A stretch of DNA of 34,195 nucleotides. Origin: Candidatus Omnitrophota bacterium (lineage in GTDB: Bacteria; Omnitrophota; Omnitrophia; Omnitrophales; Danuiimicrobiaceae). Position numbers and translations under genes: made by a program. The notes beneath the pieces are model-generated. The model saw only the letters and a list, made by a program, of their open reading frames with translations, was not told the origin of the DNA and searched no databases. The stretch lies in contig JACQQT010000062.1 of NCBI GenBank assembly GCA_016206815.1, positions 1-34,195 on the forward strand, written 5' to 3'. The stretch's first letter is position 1; every line of letters begins with the position of its first letter. Below, piece by piece: positions 16,908 to 26,336 of this stretch.

Positions 16908-17457
16908 AATTTTTCAATATCTTTTTCCCAGCCGGCGTTAAAATAGATTCCGGATGGAATTGTACCCCGAAAGTCCGGTGAGTTTTGTGGGCGAGGCCCA
17001 TAATTTCTTTATCTTTAGTTTCAGCCGTGATTTCCAGAGAAGGGGGGAAAGATTTCCGTTCAACTAAAAGCGAATGATAGCGCGTTGCTTGAAAGGGGTT
17101 TTCGATTTGGCGGAAAATTCCTTTCCGGTTGTGATAAATTTGTGAGACTTTCCCATGCATGATTTTTTTGGCACGGACAATGCGTCCTCCGAACACTTGT
17201 CCGATGCACTGATGTCCCAGGCATACTCCCAGAATAGGAATCGTGCCACTGAGATGCTGGATCAGCTCGTTCGAAATTCCGGCTTGATCCGGCGTGCCGG
17301 GTCCGGGTGAAATCACGATTTTCTTTGGTTTTATTTTTCGGATTTCGGCAATCGTGATTTTATTGTTTCTGAAAACGACGACCTTTTCCCCCAACTCGCT
17401 CAAGTATTGGACGAGGTTGTAAGTGAAGGAATCGTAATTATCAATCATGAGGATCAT
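16891..17457 (-). CDS. trpG: Anthranilate synthase component II (class I glutamine amidotransferase; could also serve as PabA)
   Basis: MIDNYDSFTYNLVQYL, GVCLGHQ (catalytic Cys), FGVQFHPES (His/Glu). Confidence 0.92.
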   Translation of the reverse strand: MILMIDNYDSFTYNLVQYLSELGEKVVVFRNNKITIAEIRKIKPKKIVISPGPGTPDQAGISNELIQHLSGTIPILGVCLGHQCIGQVFGGRIVRAKKIMHGKVSQIYHNRKGIFRQIENPFQATRYHSLLVERKSFPPSLEITAETKDKEIMGLAHKTHRTFGVQFHPESILTPAGKKILKNFVTIH

Positions 17458-17464
17458 GGCGCTG

Positions 17465-18937
17465 TTAGACCCTGGCCTTCTGAACCGCTTGAATCAACGC
17501 TTTTGCTTTATTGATAGTTTCTTGATATTCCTTTGCCGGATTTGAATCATTGACAATGCCGGCGCCTGCTTGAACATAAGCTTGTTTTTGATAGATCACA
17601 ATCGTTCGAATCGTAATGCACATGTCCATATTTCCGGAAAGGCTGAAATAACCCAATGCTCCGGCATAAGGACCTCTTTTCTCTTTCTCTAAATTATCGA
17701 TAATTTGCATCGCACGAATTTTTGGAGCGCCCGTCACCGTCCCGGCCGGAAAAGAAGCACGCAGGAGATCAAAGGCGTTTTTCCCGGGTTTGAGCGTTGC
17801 TTTGATTTCACTGACGAGATGCATCACGTGGGAATATCGTTCGACCCGCGCGAAATCATGGACGCGGACACTTGAACTGTTGCACACACGTCCGAGGTCA
17901 TTGCGGCCCAGGTCTACCAGCATTAAATGCTCGGCCATTTCTTTCGGAGAAGTGCGCAAGGCCGCTTCGTATGCAAGATCCTGTTTTTCGGTTTCTCCGC
18001 GCGGTCTGGTGCCGGCAATCGGCCTGATTTCGGCGGTTGGACCTGTTTTCTTTGACAACATTTCGGGTGAGGAGCCTACGAGGGTTAGATTTCGATGCCG
18101 GAAATAAAACATGTAGGGAGATGGATTGAGCGAGCGCAGCGTACGGTAAAGCTTAAAGTCGTCGGCTATTTTCCCCAGGCTGAATCGTTGTGATAAGACA
18201 ATTTGGATACAATCACCGGCACGAATATGGGCTTTGGCTTTGCGGACCATCGATTGAAACTGTCTCGGGCTCATATTGGATCTGAGCTTGGTTTTTAACC
18301 GGGTATTTTTAGGCAAGCTCAAGTCGGCGCGAACGGGTTGATTTAAGTTTTTCACCATTCGTTTTAATTCCAGCAATGCCTTCCGATAAGTTTTTTGAGC
18401 CGATCCGTCCAAAGCCGCTAGGTGAATCAGTTTTAACTCGTGTTTAATGTGGTCAAACACAATCAAATTCGTGGGAAAAAATAAAACCGCATCGGGAACC
18501 GGAAGCCCTTTTTTCACGCGGAGTTTTATGTCTTCAAATTGCTGAACCAACTCATATCCAATATACCCCACTAACCCGCCCGCTAAAGGCGGCAGGAATT
18601 GGTTTGAAGCAAGGCGGTATCGTTTCAAGGCAGATTGAACCACGTCAATCAAATTTCGCTTATCCTTTATCTTTTCCCCTCGTTTTGATAAAAACGAGCA
18701 TTGTCCGTTCTTGTATTCCAACACGAGGTCAGGATCCATTCCCACCAACGAAAAGCGACCCAGGCGTTCTTCGAGCTCGACAGATTCCAAGAGAAAAGCA
18801 TGCGGCTTGCCGCCGGCTAATTTTAAGAAAACCGACACAGGTGTTTCCAGGTCGGCAGACAAATTGACCGTCAAGGGAATCAGGTTCCCATGTTTCACGC
18901 TTTTCTTGAAGTCAGCAAACGTCGGATAAGTGTTCAT
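17465..18937 (-). CDS. trpE: Anthranilate synthase component I
   Basis: N-terminal LLESVE Trp-feedback motif, chorismate-binding core (GTRPRG, GAPKIRAM, GPYAGALGYF, AGAGIV). Confidence 0.93.
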   Translation of the reverse strand: MNTYPTFADFKKSVKHGNLIPLTVNLSADLETPVSVFLKLAGGKPHAFLLESVELEERLGRFSLVGMDPDLVLEYKNGQCSFLSKRGEKIKDKRNLIDVVQSALKRYRLASNQFLPPLAGGLVGYIGYELVQQFEDIKLRVKKGLPVPDAVLFFPTNLIVFDHIKHELKLIHLAALDGSAQKTYRKALLELKRMVKNLNQPVRADLSLPKNTRLKTKLRSNMSPRQFQSMVRKAKAHIRAGDCIQIVLSQRFSLGKIADDFKLYRTLRSLNPSPYMFYFRHRNLTLVGSSPEMLSKKTGPTAEIRPIAGTRPRGETEKQDLAYEAALRTSPKEMAEHLMLVDLGRNDLGRVCNSSSVRVHDFARVERYSHVMHLVSEIKATLKPGKNAFDLLRASFPAGTVTGAPKIRAMQIIDNLEKEKRGPYAGALGYFSLSGNMDMCITIRTIVIYQKQAYVQAGAGIVNDSNPAKEYQETINKAKALIQAVQKARV

Positions 18938-18942
18938 GTGAA

Positions 18943-19314
18943 TTAATATATTTTATTCGGATCAAAAACTTTTTTTTGTGTAATCTTTTTGATCTTTCCT
19001 TTTTTATCCAATAGATGTACGAAACAACTTCGGTAGCCTAAGTGACAGGCTCCGACTTTTTGGTCCACTTGGATCAGCAAGGTATCCCGGTCACAATCGG
19101 TCGTGATATTCTTAATTTTTTGAATGTGGCCTGAAGTTTCCCCTTTGATCCAGTAGGTGTTACGTGATCTGGAATAAAAACAGGTTTTATGAATTGATAG
19201 CATTTTCCGGATAGCCGTCCGGTTTACATAGGCAAGCATGAGAACTTCACGGGTCTGGTAGTCTTGCACGATCGCCGGCATCAATCCGTTTGAGTCAAAC
19301 TTAAATTTCGTCAT
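18943..19314 (-). CDS. hisI: Phosphoribosyl-AMP cyclohydrolase (monofunctional HisI, no HisE domain)
   Basis: LMPAIVQD, FYSRSR...WIKGETSGH, DCDRDTLL, CH.GYRSCF motifs. At 123 aa it has no pyrophosphohydrolase extension. Confidence 0.9.
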   Translation of the reverse strand: MTKFKFDSNGLMPAIVQDYQTREVLMLAYVNRTAIRKMLSIHKTCFYSRSRNTYWIKGETSGHIQKIKNITTDCDRDTLLIQVDQKVGACHLGYRSCFVHLLDKKGKIKKITQKKVFDPNKIY

Positions 19315-19317
19315 CCG

Positions 19318-20082
19318 TTACTCCTTTAAACGTACTTTGATTCCTTTTTTTGCCAGATATTTTTTAGCCTCCTGAATCGTATATTTTCCAAAATGGAAGA
19401 TGGAGGCTGCCAATACCGCGCTCGCTTGACCTTTGGCGCATCCTTCGTAGAGATGATCCAAGGAGCCTACTCCCCCGGAGGCAATGACCGGGATATGGAG
19501 CGCTTGGGCAACTTGGCGGGTGAGCGGAATATCGTATCCATTTTTTGTCCCGTCCCGATCCATACTGGTTAAGAGAATTTCACCGGCTCCAAGCTTTTCA
19601 ACGTGCTTGGCCCATTGAACGACGTCCCATTTTGTCGGTTTTCGCCCCCCATGTGTAAAAACCTGCCACCGATTTTTTGACATTTGCTTGGCATCAATTG
19701 CAACAACGATGCATTGGCTTCCAAAGCGCCGGCTTGCTTTTCGAATCAGTTGGGGATCTTGAATCGCACTCGTATTGAGCGATACCTTGTCGCAGCCGGC
19801 TTTCAAAAGCGCACGAATGTCTGCCAGCGTTCGGATCCCGCCTCCCACCGTAAATGGGATGTAAACCGATTCTGCCACTCGCTCGACCATCCGGAGGGTC
19901 GTCGGCCGCGCTTCGTGCGATGCCGTAATGTCTAGAAACACAAGTTCATCCGCACCCGCCCGATCGTATGCTTTTGCGCATTCCACCGGATCGCCGGCGT
20001 CTTTCAAATTGACAAATTTTACTCCCTTGACGACGCGTCCTTGGTTCACATCTAAACATGGAATGATTCGCCGCGTCAGCAC
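19318..20082 (-). CDS. hisF: Imidazole glycerol phosphate synthase, cyclase subunit
   Basis: [40 protein letters not shown] motifs. Confidence 0.95.
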   Translation of the reverse strand: MLTRRIIPCLDVNQGRVVKGVKFVNLKDAGDPVECAKAYDRAGADELVFLDITASHEARPTTLRMVERVAESVYIPFTVGGGIRTLADIRALLKAGCDKVSLNTSAIQDPQLIRKASRRFGSQCIVVAIDAKQMSKNRWQVFTHGGRKPTKWDVVQWAKHVEKLGAGEILLTSMDRDGTKNGYDIPLTRQVAQALHIPVIASGGVGSLDHLYEGCAKGQASAVLAASIFHFGKYTIQEAKKYLAKKGIKVRLKE

Positions 20083-20085
20083 AAC

Positions 20086-20484
20086 TTAGATGTCCTTGTC
20101 CGTAGCCACATTTTCCTGAACCGCATCCACAATGGCGCGTGCGTAAGCCCTGAGGTGGCAAAACAGAGCAGAAACCAGTAATGCGGCGAGAATGAGTACC
20201 CACTGGAGCAGGCTGAGATAACGCAGGAGGAACGTATCGAACCGCCACAGCAACATGGCGCCAACGGCAAACAAAGCGAAAAAGACCCATCCTAAAAGTG
20301 CGCGTTCTTGATAATGAGCCTGTGCCCGCCGGTACCAGCTCCGATTTCGAATCTTAATCCCACGCAGAATATCGCGTAATAGAATACTCCGGATCAATAA
20401 GCCCAGCAGGATGACTGCAAGGCCCACCAAGGACCATGACCACTGTTTTCCCTCCACAATCGAATGAAGCAGTGACGACATCAT
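20086..20484 (-). CDS. Hypothetical small integral membrane protein (about 3 TM) embedded in the his operon
   Basis: 132-aa ORF with three hydrophobic helices ([20 protein letters not shown]; [18 protein letters not shown]; [17 protein letters not shown]) and Arg-rich loops. Its start overlaps the hisA stop (TAATG) and its stop lies 3 nt before the hisF ATG. No family recognised. Coding status is supported by packing and hydrophobic periodicity only. Confidence 0.6.
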   Translation of the reverse strand: MMSSLLHSIVEGKQWSWSLVGLAVILLGLLIRSILLRDILRGIKIRNRSWYRRAQAHYQERALLGWVFFALFAVGAMLLWRFDTFLLRYLSLLQWVLILAALLVSALFCHLRAYARAIVDAVQENVATDKDI

Positions 20485-21212
20485 TAATGATCCCCAAATC
20501 GTTTCATGGCTTTTTTGAGTTCAATTTTCCGTTCGTAAAGCGCTTTCCCTATGATCGCGCCTTCAAAATTGTGAGCTTTCACTTTTGACAACTTTTCAAG
20601 ATCTGATGTTTTGCCAATTCCGCCGGAAACAATCACATTCATTTTGGTTGAGCCAAGCAGTTGGTTGAGCAGCTCGATATTGGGTCCTGAGAGCATTCCG
20701 TCGCGCGAAATATCGGTGCAGATAACCGTTTGAACGCCGACTTTCTCAAGTATTTGAACGGTACTTTCAAGTGTGTGACGGTTTTCGCTGGAAAGCCAAC
20801 CGTGTGTTTGGATCACTCCATCCCGCACATCAAGTCCGACCGCAATGCGCTCCTTGAATTGATGAACCAGTTTTTCAAGCAAAGCGGTGTCAAAGGCTTT
20901 GGTTCCGATGACCGCGCGCCAAACACCTGTCTGAAGCACTTCTTCGACCGATTCATAGCTCCTGAGTCCGCCGCCGAATTGAACCGGTACTTTTGCAACC
21001 ATCAAGATATTCTTGAGTGAGCCCAGGTTTTTTCGTTTTCCGTCTTTTGCACCGTCCAAGTCAACGATATGAACCAGTTTCGCGCCTTCCGCTTGCCATT
21101 TTTGCATCACGTCGGCCGGTGATGCCGAATAAACCTTCTCGGAATCAAAGGCACCTTGCGTCAGTCGTACGACTTTTCCGTCTTGCAAGTCAATGGCAGG
21201 AATAATAAGCAT
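20484..21212 (-). CDS. hisA: ProFAR isomerase
   Basis: IIPAIDL.DGKVVRL, HIVDLDGA, GGGLRS, SGGIG motifs. Confidence 0.93.
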   Translation of the reverse strand: MLIIPAIDLQDGKVVRLTQGAFDSEKVYSASPADVMQKWQAEGAKLVHIVDLDGAKDGKRKNLGSLKNILMVAKVPVQFGGGLRSYESVEEVLQTGVWRAVIGTKAFDTALLEKLVHQFKERIAVGLDVRDGVIQTHGWLSSENRHTLESTVQILEKVGVQTVICTDISRDGMLSGPNIELLNQLLGSTKMNVIVSGGIGKTSDLEKLSKVKAHNFEGAIIGKALYERKIELKKAMKRFGDH

Positions 21213-21214
21213 CG

Positions 21215-21841
21215 CTATAGACCTATAAAGTTTTTTAGGATTTGGAGTCCTGCTCGCTGGCTCTTTTCAGGATGGAACTGAACTGCAAACGTAGTGGCTG
21301 AGCCTAAAATTGACGGAAACGTGATGCCATAGTTCGTTTCACCGAGAATCAATTTTCGCTCGCTCGGCTGCGCGTAATAAGAGTGGACGAAGTAAAAGTA
21401 ACTTCCCTCTTTGACATGGGCAAGGATTGTTGATTGCCGCTTCAGCGAAACGTCATTCCAACCCATATGCGGGATTTTAAGACGGCTTTGCTCCGGTGAC
21501 GGAAATTTTACGACAGATCCCTTCCAAATCCCAAGCCCTTTCACGCCGGGGCTTTCCTGGCTGCGTTCGAAGAAGAGCTGCAGGCCCAGACAAATTCCGA
21601 GAAGAGGGGTTCCGCTCTTTGCCGCATCCCGGACCAAGTGGAACAAATTCCGCTTTTTCAATTCGCAAACCGCATCTCCGAAAGCTCCTACGCCCGGCAA
21701 AATCAGTTTTTCGACTTGCGCCAGTTTTTTGAGGTCATCTCCTACGTATGTGGTCTCTCCGAACCGCTCTACCGCTTTTGCGACACTGCGCAAATTCCCC
21801 ATGCCGTAGTCCATAATCCCGATCGCTTTTTTAGTTTTCAT
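21215..21841 (-). CDS. hisH: Imidazole glycerol phosphate synthase, glutaminase subunit
   Basis: IGIMDYGMGNLRSV, GICLGLQ (catalytic Cys), VQFHPEKS. Confidence 0.93.
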   Translation of the reverse strand: MKTKKAIGIMDYGMGNLRSVAKAVERFGETTYVGDDLKKLAQVEKLILPGVGAFGDAVCELKKRNLFHLVRDAAKSGTPLLGICLGLQLFFERSQESPGVKGLGIWKGSVVKFPSPEQSRLKIPHMGWNDVSLKRQSTILAHVKEGSYFYFVHSYYAQPSERKLILGETNYGITFPSILGSATTFAVQFHPEKSQRAGLQILKNFIGL

Positions 21842-21853
21842 GTCAAAGATCGG

Positions 21854-22456
21854 TTACAGCGCCCCTTTGGTAGACGGGATACCCTTTACCCGGCTGTCGA
21901 TTTGAGTGGCCATATCGAGTGCTTTCGCGGTTGCTTTGAACATGGCTTCGATAATGTGATGCGAATCTTCCCCGCTCACGATTTCTACCGTTAAGTTAAT
22001 TCCGGCATGCTGCGCAAAAGCACGCAGAAATTCAGAAGCATCGTGAAAGGAATAGTTTTCAAGCCTGGAAAATTTGACGCCTTTACTTTTCAATATCGAA
22101 AATGAAGGACGACCCGAAAAATCCAAACTGACGCGCACCAGCGCCTCGTCCATTGGAATGCTGAAAAATCCGAATCTTCGGATTCCCGTTTTTTTTCCAA
22201 GCGCCTTGCTAAAAGCTTGTCCCAGCACGATGCCGACGTCTTCATTCGTGTGGTGAATGTCGACGTCCAAATCTCCTTTTGCTTTGATGGTCAGATCAAA
22301 GAGTCCGTGCTTTGCCAGACTGTTGAGCATGTGATCCAGGAAAGGAAGCCCTGTTTTCACCTGTCCGCTCCCCTTCCCGTCAATGGTGAGCGCAATCCGA
22401 ATCTGGGTTTCCTGCGTATTTCGCGATACCGTTCGAGATCGCTTTTTATTCGACAT
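21854..22456 (-). CDS. hisB: Imidazoleglycerol-phosphate dehydratase (monofunctional)
   Basis: RNTQET.I, PFLDHML, DxHHTNEDVGI, SGEDSHHIIEA motifs. At 200 aa it has no phosphatase domain. Confidence 0.93.
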   Translation of the reverse strand: MSNKKRSRTVSRNTQETQIRIALTIDGKGSGQVKTGLPFLDHMLNSLAKHGLFDLTIKAKGDLDVDIHHTNEDVGIVLGQAFSKALGKKTGIRRFGFFSIPMDEALVRVSLDFSGRPSFSILKSKGVKFSRLENYSFHDASEFLRAFAQHAGINLTVEIVSGEDSHHIIEAMFKATAKALDMATQIDSRVKGIPSTKGAL

Positions 22457-23720
22457 TTGCTTTATCCTTTCCCTCTTCTATTTTTTGCGATGATTCCAGA
22501 AAACGTGATTCAATCGAAATCCGGTGCAGAATCAATCCTTCCATTTCGGTCAAGCGCCGGATAGGCTCCCGCACTTTCGCGAGCGCTTCTTTGGTGTAGC
22601 TAATGACTTGGGTGCTTTTGACGAAGGAAGCAGCGCTCAAAGGCGAGAAATATCGTGCCGTCCCGCTGGTGGGCAGCACGTGGCTTGGTCCCGCAATGTA
22701 ATCGCCGATGACTGCCGGCGAATAAGCGCCTAGGAAAACGGCTCCTGCGTGCGTAATGTATTTCAGCAGACGTTCCGGCCGCTTCGTTATAATTTCCAAA
22801 TGTTCCGGAGCAATTTCGTTGACGGCATCGCAACCTTCTTTTAAGTTTTTTACCAATACAATGATGCAGTCATCCACACGCTTTCGAATGATCTCTGCCA
22901 ATTTTTTGGAATTCGTGACCAAATAGGACGTTCCGCCGAAATGTTCCGCCTGCGCTAAGAGATCGCAAGTGACGTGATTGGGATTGGCGTCCAGATCAGC
23001 CAAAATGGCTACCTCACTGGGTCCTGCCACCATGTCAATATCAACAAAGCCGTAAACTTGTCGTTTTGCTTCCGTGACGTACTGATTGCCCGGCCCAACG
23101 ATTTTGTCTACTTTTTGGATCGTTCGGGTTCCAAAGGCTAAAGCTGCAATGGCCTGCGCCCCGCCGGCGCGGTAAATCTTTTTAACCCCCAGAAGATCGG
23201 CAACGACCAAGATATGTGGATCAATGTCACCGGTTTCGTGATTGGGCGGTGTGACAATGACCACTTCCTTTACACCGGCTACGGTAGCCGGGATAACGGT
23301 CATGTAAACCGTTGAAACCAACGGTGCGGTCCCTCCGGGAATGTAGACACCCACACGTTCTATAGGGCGGTATTGCTTGCCGAGATAAATTCCGTCCTTT
23401 CCTTTTACCGAAAACGATTTTTTGAGTTCAGATCGGTAATAGGTTGTGACGTTATCACGAACTTGTTTCAGTAAAGGCACAAATTCGAAATGAATTTTCT
23501 CGTATGCCCGGTTGATATCACCTTGACTCACCAGCAAACGCTTCAACGGAAGTTCAAGTCCATCAAATTGACGCGTATAACGCAAAAGTGCCTGGTCCCC
23601 GCGTGTTTTTACTTCTTGAAGGATGCGATTGACCTTTTTGAACAGGTCCTTATCCACCTGATAGCCGGTTGTCCGGTTTAAGCGTTTTGGAGCCTGTTTA
23701 TCCCAATGGATGGTTTGCAT
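22446..23720 (-). CDS. hisD: Histidinol dehydrogenase
   Basis: 424 aa with the HisD pattern (YIPGGTAPL.STV.M...PA.VAGV, AQAEH, GPSHVLPT). Confidence 0.93.
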   Translation of the reverse strand: MQTIHWDKQAPKRLNRTTGYQVDKDLFKKVNRILQEVKTRGDQALLRYTRQFDGLELPLKRLLVSQGDINRAYEKIHFEFVPLLKQVRDNVTTYYRSELKKSFSVKGKDGIYLGKQYRPIERVGVYIPGGTAPLVSTVYMTVIPATVAGVKEVVIVTPPNHETGDIDPHILVVADLLGVKKIYRAGGAQAIAALAFGTRTIQKVDKIVGPGNQYVTEAKRQVYGFVDIDMVAGPSEVAILADLDANPNHVTCDLLAQAEHFGGTSYLVTNSKKLAEIIRKRVDDCIIVLVKNLKEGCDAVNEIAPEHLEIITKRPERLLKYITHAGAVFLGAYSPAVIGDYIAGPSHVLPTSGTARYFSPLSAASFVKSTQVISYTKEALAKVREPIRRLTEMEGLILHRISIESRFLESSQKIEEGKDKANVE

Positions 23721-23723
23721 GGT

Positions 23724-26336
23724 CTATTTCCCTACCGTTTTCCGAATGAGTTCAGAGAGCCTGAGGACTGCCTGTTGAATCCCCTTTGCGTTCGTGCCAC
23801 CGCCCTGTGCTAAATCTTTCCGGCCTCCGGCACTTCCCGATAACAACGGAGCCATCTTTTGTGCCATTTCTTTTGCGTTCAACGGAGAAGCCGTTAGGTC
23901 CTTGGAAAGTCCAACAATCAGGTTTACTTTCGCACCTTGCACACCAAATAGCGCAAACACAGTTTCCTGTGCCTTGCTTCGCAATTGATCTGCCAGGTGC
24001 CGCAATGAAGCAATGCTTTCATTTTCAAGCGTTTGCGTGATTAATTTCATTTTTCCTATCGATTTGGCGGAATTAAGCCAATCGTCAATTTCGGAAGTAT
24101 CCACCGAACTTTTTGCTTGCGATCCGCCCGAGCGTTCAAGCTCTCGGACTTTTTTTTGAAGTTTCCCAATTTTTTCAGCTGTTTGGTCCGGAGACGTTTT
24201 GAGTGCGAGAGCAATCTGCGCAACGGTTTGTTGAAGGTCTTTGACGTAACGAATCGCGTTGAGGCCGGTCGTTGCTTCCATTCGTCTGGTTCCGCTCCCG
24301 ATCGAGGTTTCAGTAGTTATCACGAAGGCACCGATTTCACCGGTGCTCCGACAGTGCGTTCCTCCGCATAGTTCTTTGCTTTTGCCCGGCACTTCAATGA
24401 CGCGGACGCGGTCGCCATATTTATCGCCGAAGAAAGCAAGAACGCCGCTTTGAATGGCGGAGTCGTAATTTTCCTCTTTTGATTCCACCGCCGCATTTTC
24501 CAAAATGGTTCGATTCACCCACGCTTCCACCTTCCCGATTTCTTCTGAGGTCAGCGGTTTGCCGCAAGTGAAATCAAACCGCAGCCGCTCAGGACTGACG
24601 AGAGAGCCAACTTGCCTGACGTGAGTTCCGATGACCGTTCGCAAAGCCGCCTGAAGTAAATGGGTTGCCGTGTGATTTCGTTTGGTAGCGTCCCGCTTGT
24701 CTCGATCTACTTGTGCACGGCATGAATCTCCCGCTTTCGGCTTTCCTTTTTTGAGTTTTCCATAGTGTAGAACGGCGCGCTCTTTTTTCTGTGTGTCCGA
24801 GACAATCAATATAAAGTTCTTCCCTTCCAAAACGCCCACATCCCCCACTTGTCCTCCGCCCTCCGGATAGAAAGGGGTTTGATCCAATGCGATAGCACCC
24901 ATTTCTCCGGAAAAATTAGCCCAGAGAATTTTAGCGTCTGCTTCCAGGGTTTGATATCCTAAAAACCGGGTCTCCGGTAATTTGAGTAAGTCCTGATTGA
25001 TTTCGGGTGTTGCGAAAATACGGTCCGCCAGCTTGCTCGAAGCCTTTGCCCGCTTCCGCTGCTCACTCAAAAGTGCTTCAAATTTTTTCTCATCAATTTG
25101 AATTCCAGATTGTTTGGCGATGGTGCGCGTTAATTCATCCGGAAAGCCGTACGTATCGTAAAGTCGAAACACTTCTTCCCCCGGCAATATTTTATTTTTC
25201 TTTTCACGAAGTTCTTTTAATCGGGCCGTCAAAACTTCCAAGCCGCTTTCCAATGTCTCCCGAAAGCGCTCTTCTTCCGAGCTAACCGTTTGCGCAATGC
25301 TTTTCTCAAGTGAACTGAGCTCCGGATAAACATCTTTCAATGTGGTAATCACAACCGGAACAAGGGGGGCTAACAGAGGCGTTTCAAGCTCTGCCGATCG
25401 ACCTTGCCACACGGCCCGGCGAATGAGTTTTCGGATCACGTAGCCGCGCCCGTCATTTGCCGGATGCGCGCCGTCTGCGATTGCGACCACGGCCGCACGA
25501 ATGTGGTCTGCAATCGCGTTTAAACTTGATTGATTTAAGCTCTCATGTCCGGGCGCCTGTGATTTTAGGACTCGGATCAACGGCACAAATAGATCCGTGT
25601 CAAAGTTATTTTGTTTCCCCTGCATGATGCATGCAAGCCGTTCCAGACCCATGCCCGTGTCGATATTTTTCGATTGAAGCGGGACTAGCTTGCCCCCTTC
25701 TTGCCGCTCAAACTGGGTGAAGACGAGATTCCAAATTTCGGCATAACGCCCCGATTCATCTTCCGCCCAAAACTTTTTTGTGGCGCCCGGGTAGGTTTCT
25801 CCTTGATCAAAAAAGATCTCAGAACAAGGACCGCAAGGCCCGTTCGGCCCGGTTTGAGGTGCGTTCGCAGGCCAGAAATTGCTGCCATCTCCCAAACGGG
25901 CGATTAATTTTTTTGGGATTCCGATTTTTCGGACCCAGATGTCGAGCGCTTCTTCGTCTTTTTTGTGAACGCTGACGTAGAGCTTTTCTTGAGGTAGTCT
26001 CATTTCTTGTGTGAGAAATGTCCACGCCCATTCGATCGCTTCTTCTTTGAAATAGTCACCAAACGAGAAATTGCCCAACATTTCAAAAAAAGAATGGTGG
26101 TACGGCGTTTTGCCGACCTGATCCAGATCACCTGTCCTCAGGCATTTTTGCGAAGAAGCCGCACGTTTCAAGTCGGTTCTAAGCCCCAGAAAGTATTCCT
26201 TGAATTGGTTCATTCCGGCTCCGGTGAACAGAAGTGTCGGATCATTTTTTGGGATGAGGGAATCACTTTTCACAATGCGGTGCCCCTTCTCCTTAAAGAA
26301 TTCAAGAAAACATTTCCTGATTTCAAAAGTTTTCAT
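23724..26336 (-). CDS. alaS: Alanine--tRNA ligase
   Basis: 870 aa. N-terminal class II core (FF.EKGH..V.S.SL.P..DPTLLFT.AGM.QFK), editing-domain HxxxH (HTATHLL) and CGGTH, and a C-terminal DHHA1-like domain. Confidence 0.97.
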   Translation of the reverse strand: MKTFEIRKCFLEFFKEKGHRIVKSDSLIPKNDPTLLFTGAGMNQFKEYFLGLRTDLKRAASSQKCLRTGDLDQVGKTPYHHSFFEMLGNFSFGDYFKEEAIEWAWTFLTQEMRLPQEKLYVSVHKKDEEALDIWVRKIGIPKKLIARLGDGSNFWPANAPQTGPNGPCGPCSEIFFDQGETYPGATKKFWAEDESGRYAEIWNLVFTQFERQEGGKLVPLQSKNIDTGMGLERLACIMQGKQNNFDTDLFVPLIRVLKSQAPGHESLNQSSLNAIADHIRAAVVAIADGAHPANDGRGYVIRKLIRRAVWQGRSAELETPLLAPLVPVVITTLKDVYPELSSLEKSIAQTVSSEEERFRETLESGLEVLTARLKELREKKNKILPGEEVFRLYDTYGFPDELTRTIAKQSGIQIDEKKFEALLSEQRKRAKASSKLADRIFATPEINQDLLKLPETRFLGYQTLEADAKILWANFSGEMGAIALDQTPFYPEGGGQVGDVGVLEGKNFILIVSDTQKKERAVLHYGKLKKGKPKAGDSCRAQVDRDKRDATKRNHTATHLLQAALRTVIGTHVRQVGSLVSPERLRFDFTCGKPLTSEEIGKVEAWVNRTILENAAVESKEENYDSAIQSGVLAFFGDKYGDRVRVIEVPGKSKELCGGTHCRSTGEIGAFVITTETSIGSGTRRMEATTGLNAIRYVKDLQQTVAQIALALKTSPDQTAEKIGKLQKKVRELERSGGSQAKSSVDTSEIDDWLNSAKSIGKMKLITQTLENESIASLRHLADQLRSKAQETVFALFGVQGAKVNLIVGLSKDLTASPLNAKEMAQKMAPLLSGSAGGRKDLAQGGGTNAKGIQQAVLRLSELIRKTVGK

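Noticed and set aside
19946-20290. 114-aa and 64-aa same-strand ORFs overlapping the hisF start and the small membrane ORF
   Set aside because: They are alternative frames of a locally GC-rich segment. They cut across the well-supported hisF N-terminus, have no RBS or packing logic, and are Arg/Cys/Gly-rich junk.
20481-20490. Perfect 10-nt palindrome TCATTAATGA at the hisA / small-ORF junction
   Set aside because: It is fully explained by the CAT-TAA-TG-ATG stop/start overlap (His codon, stop, two Met codons). There is no need to invoke a binding site.
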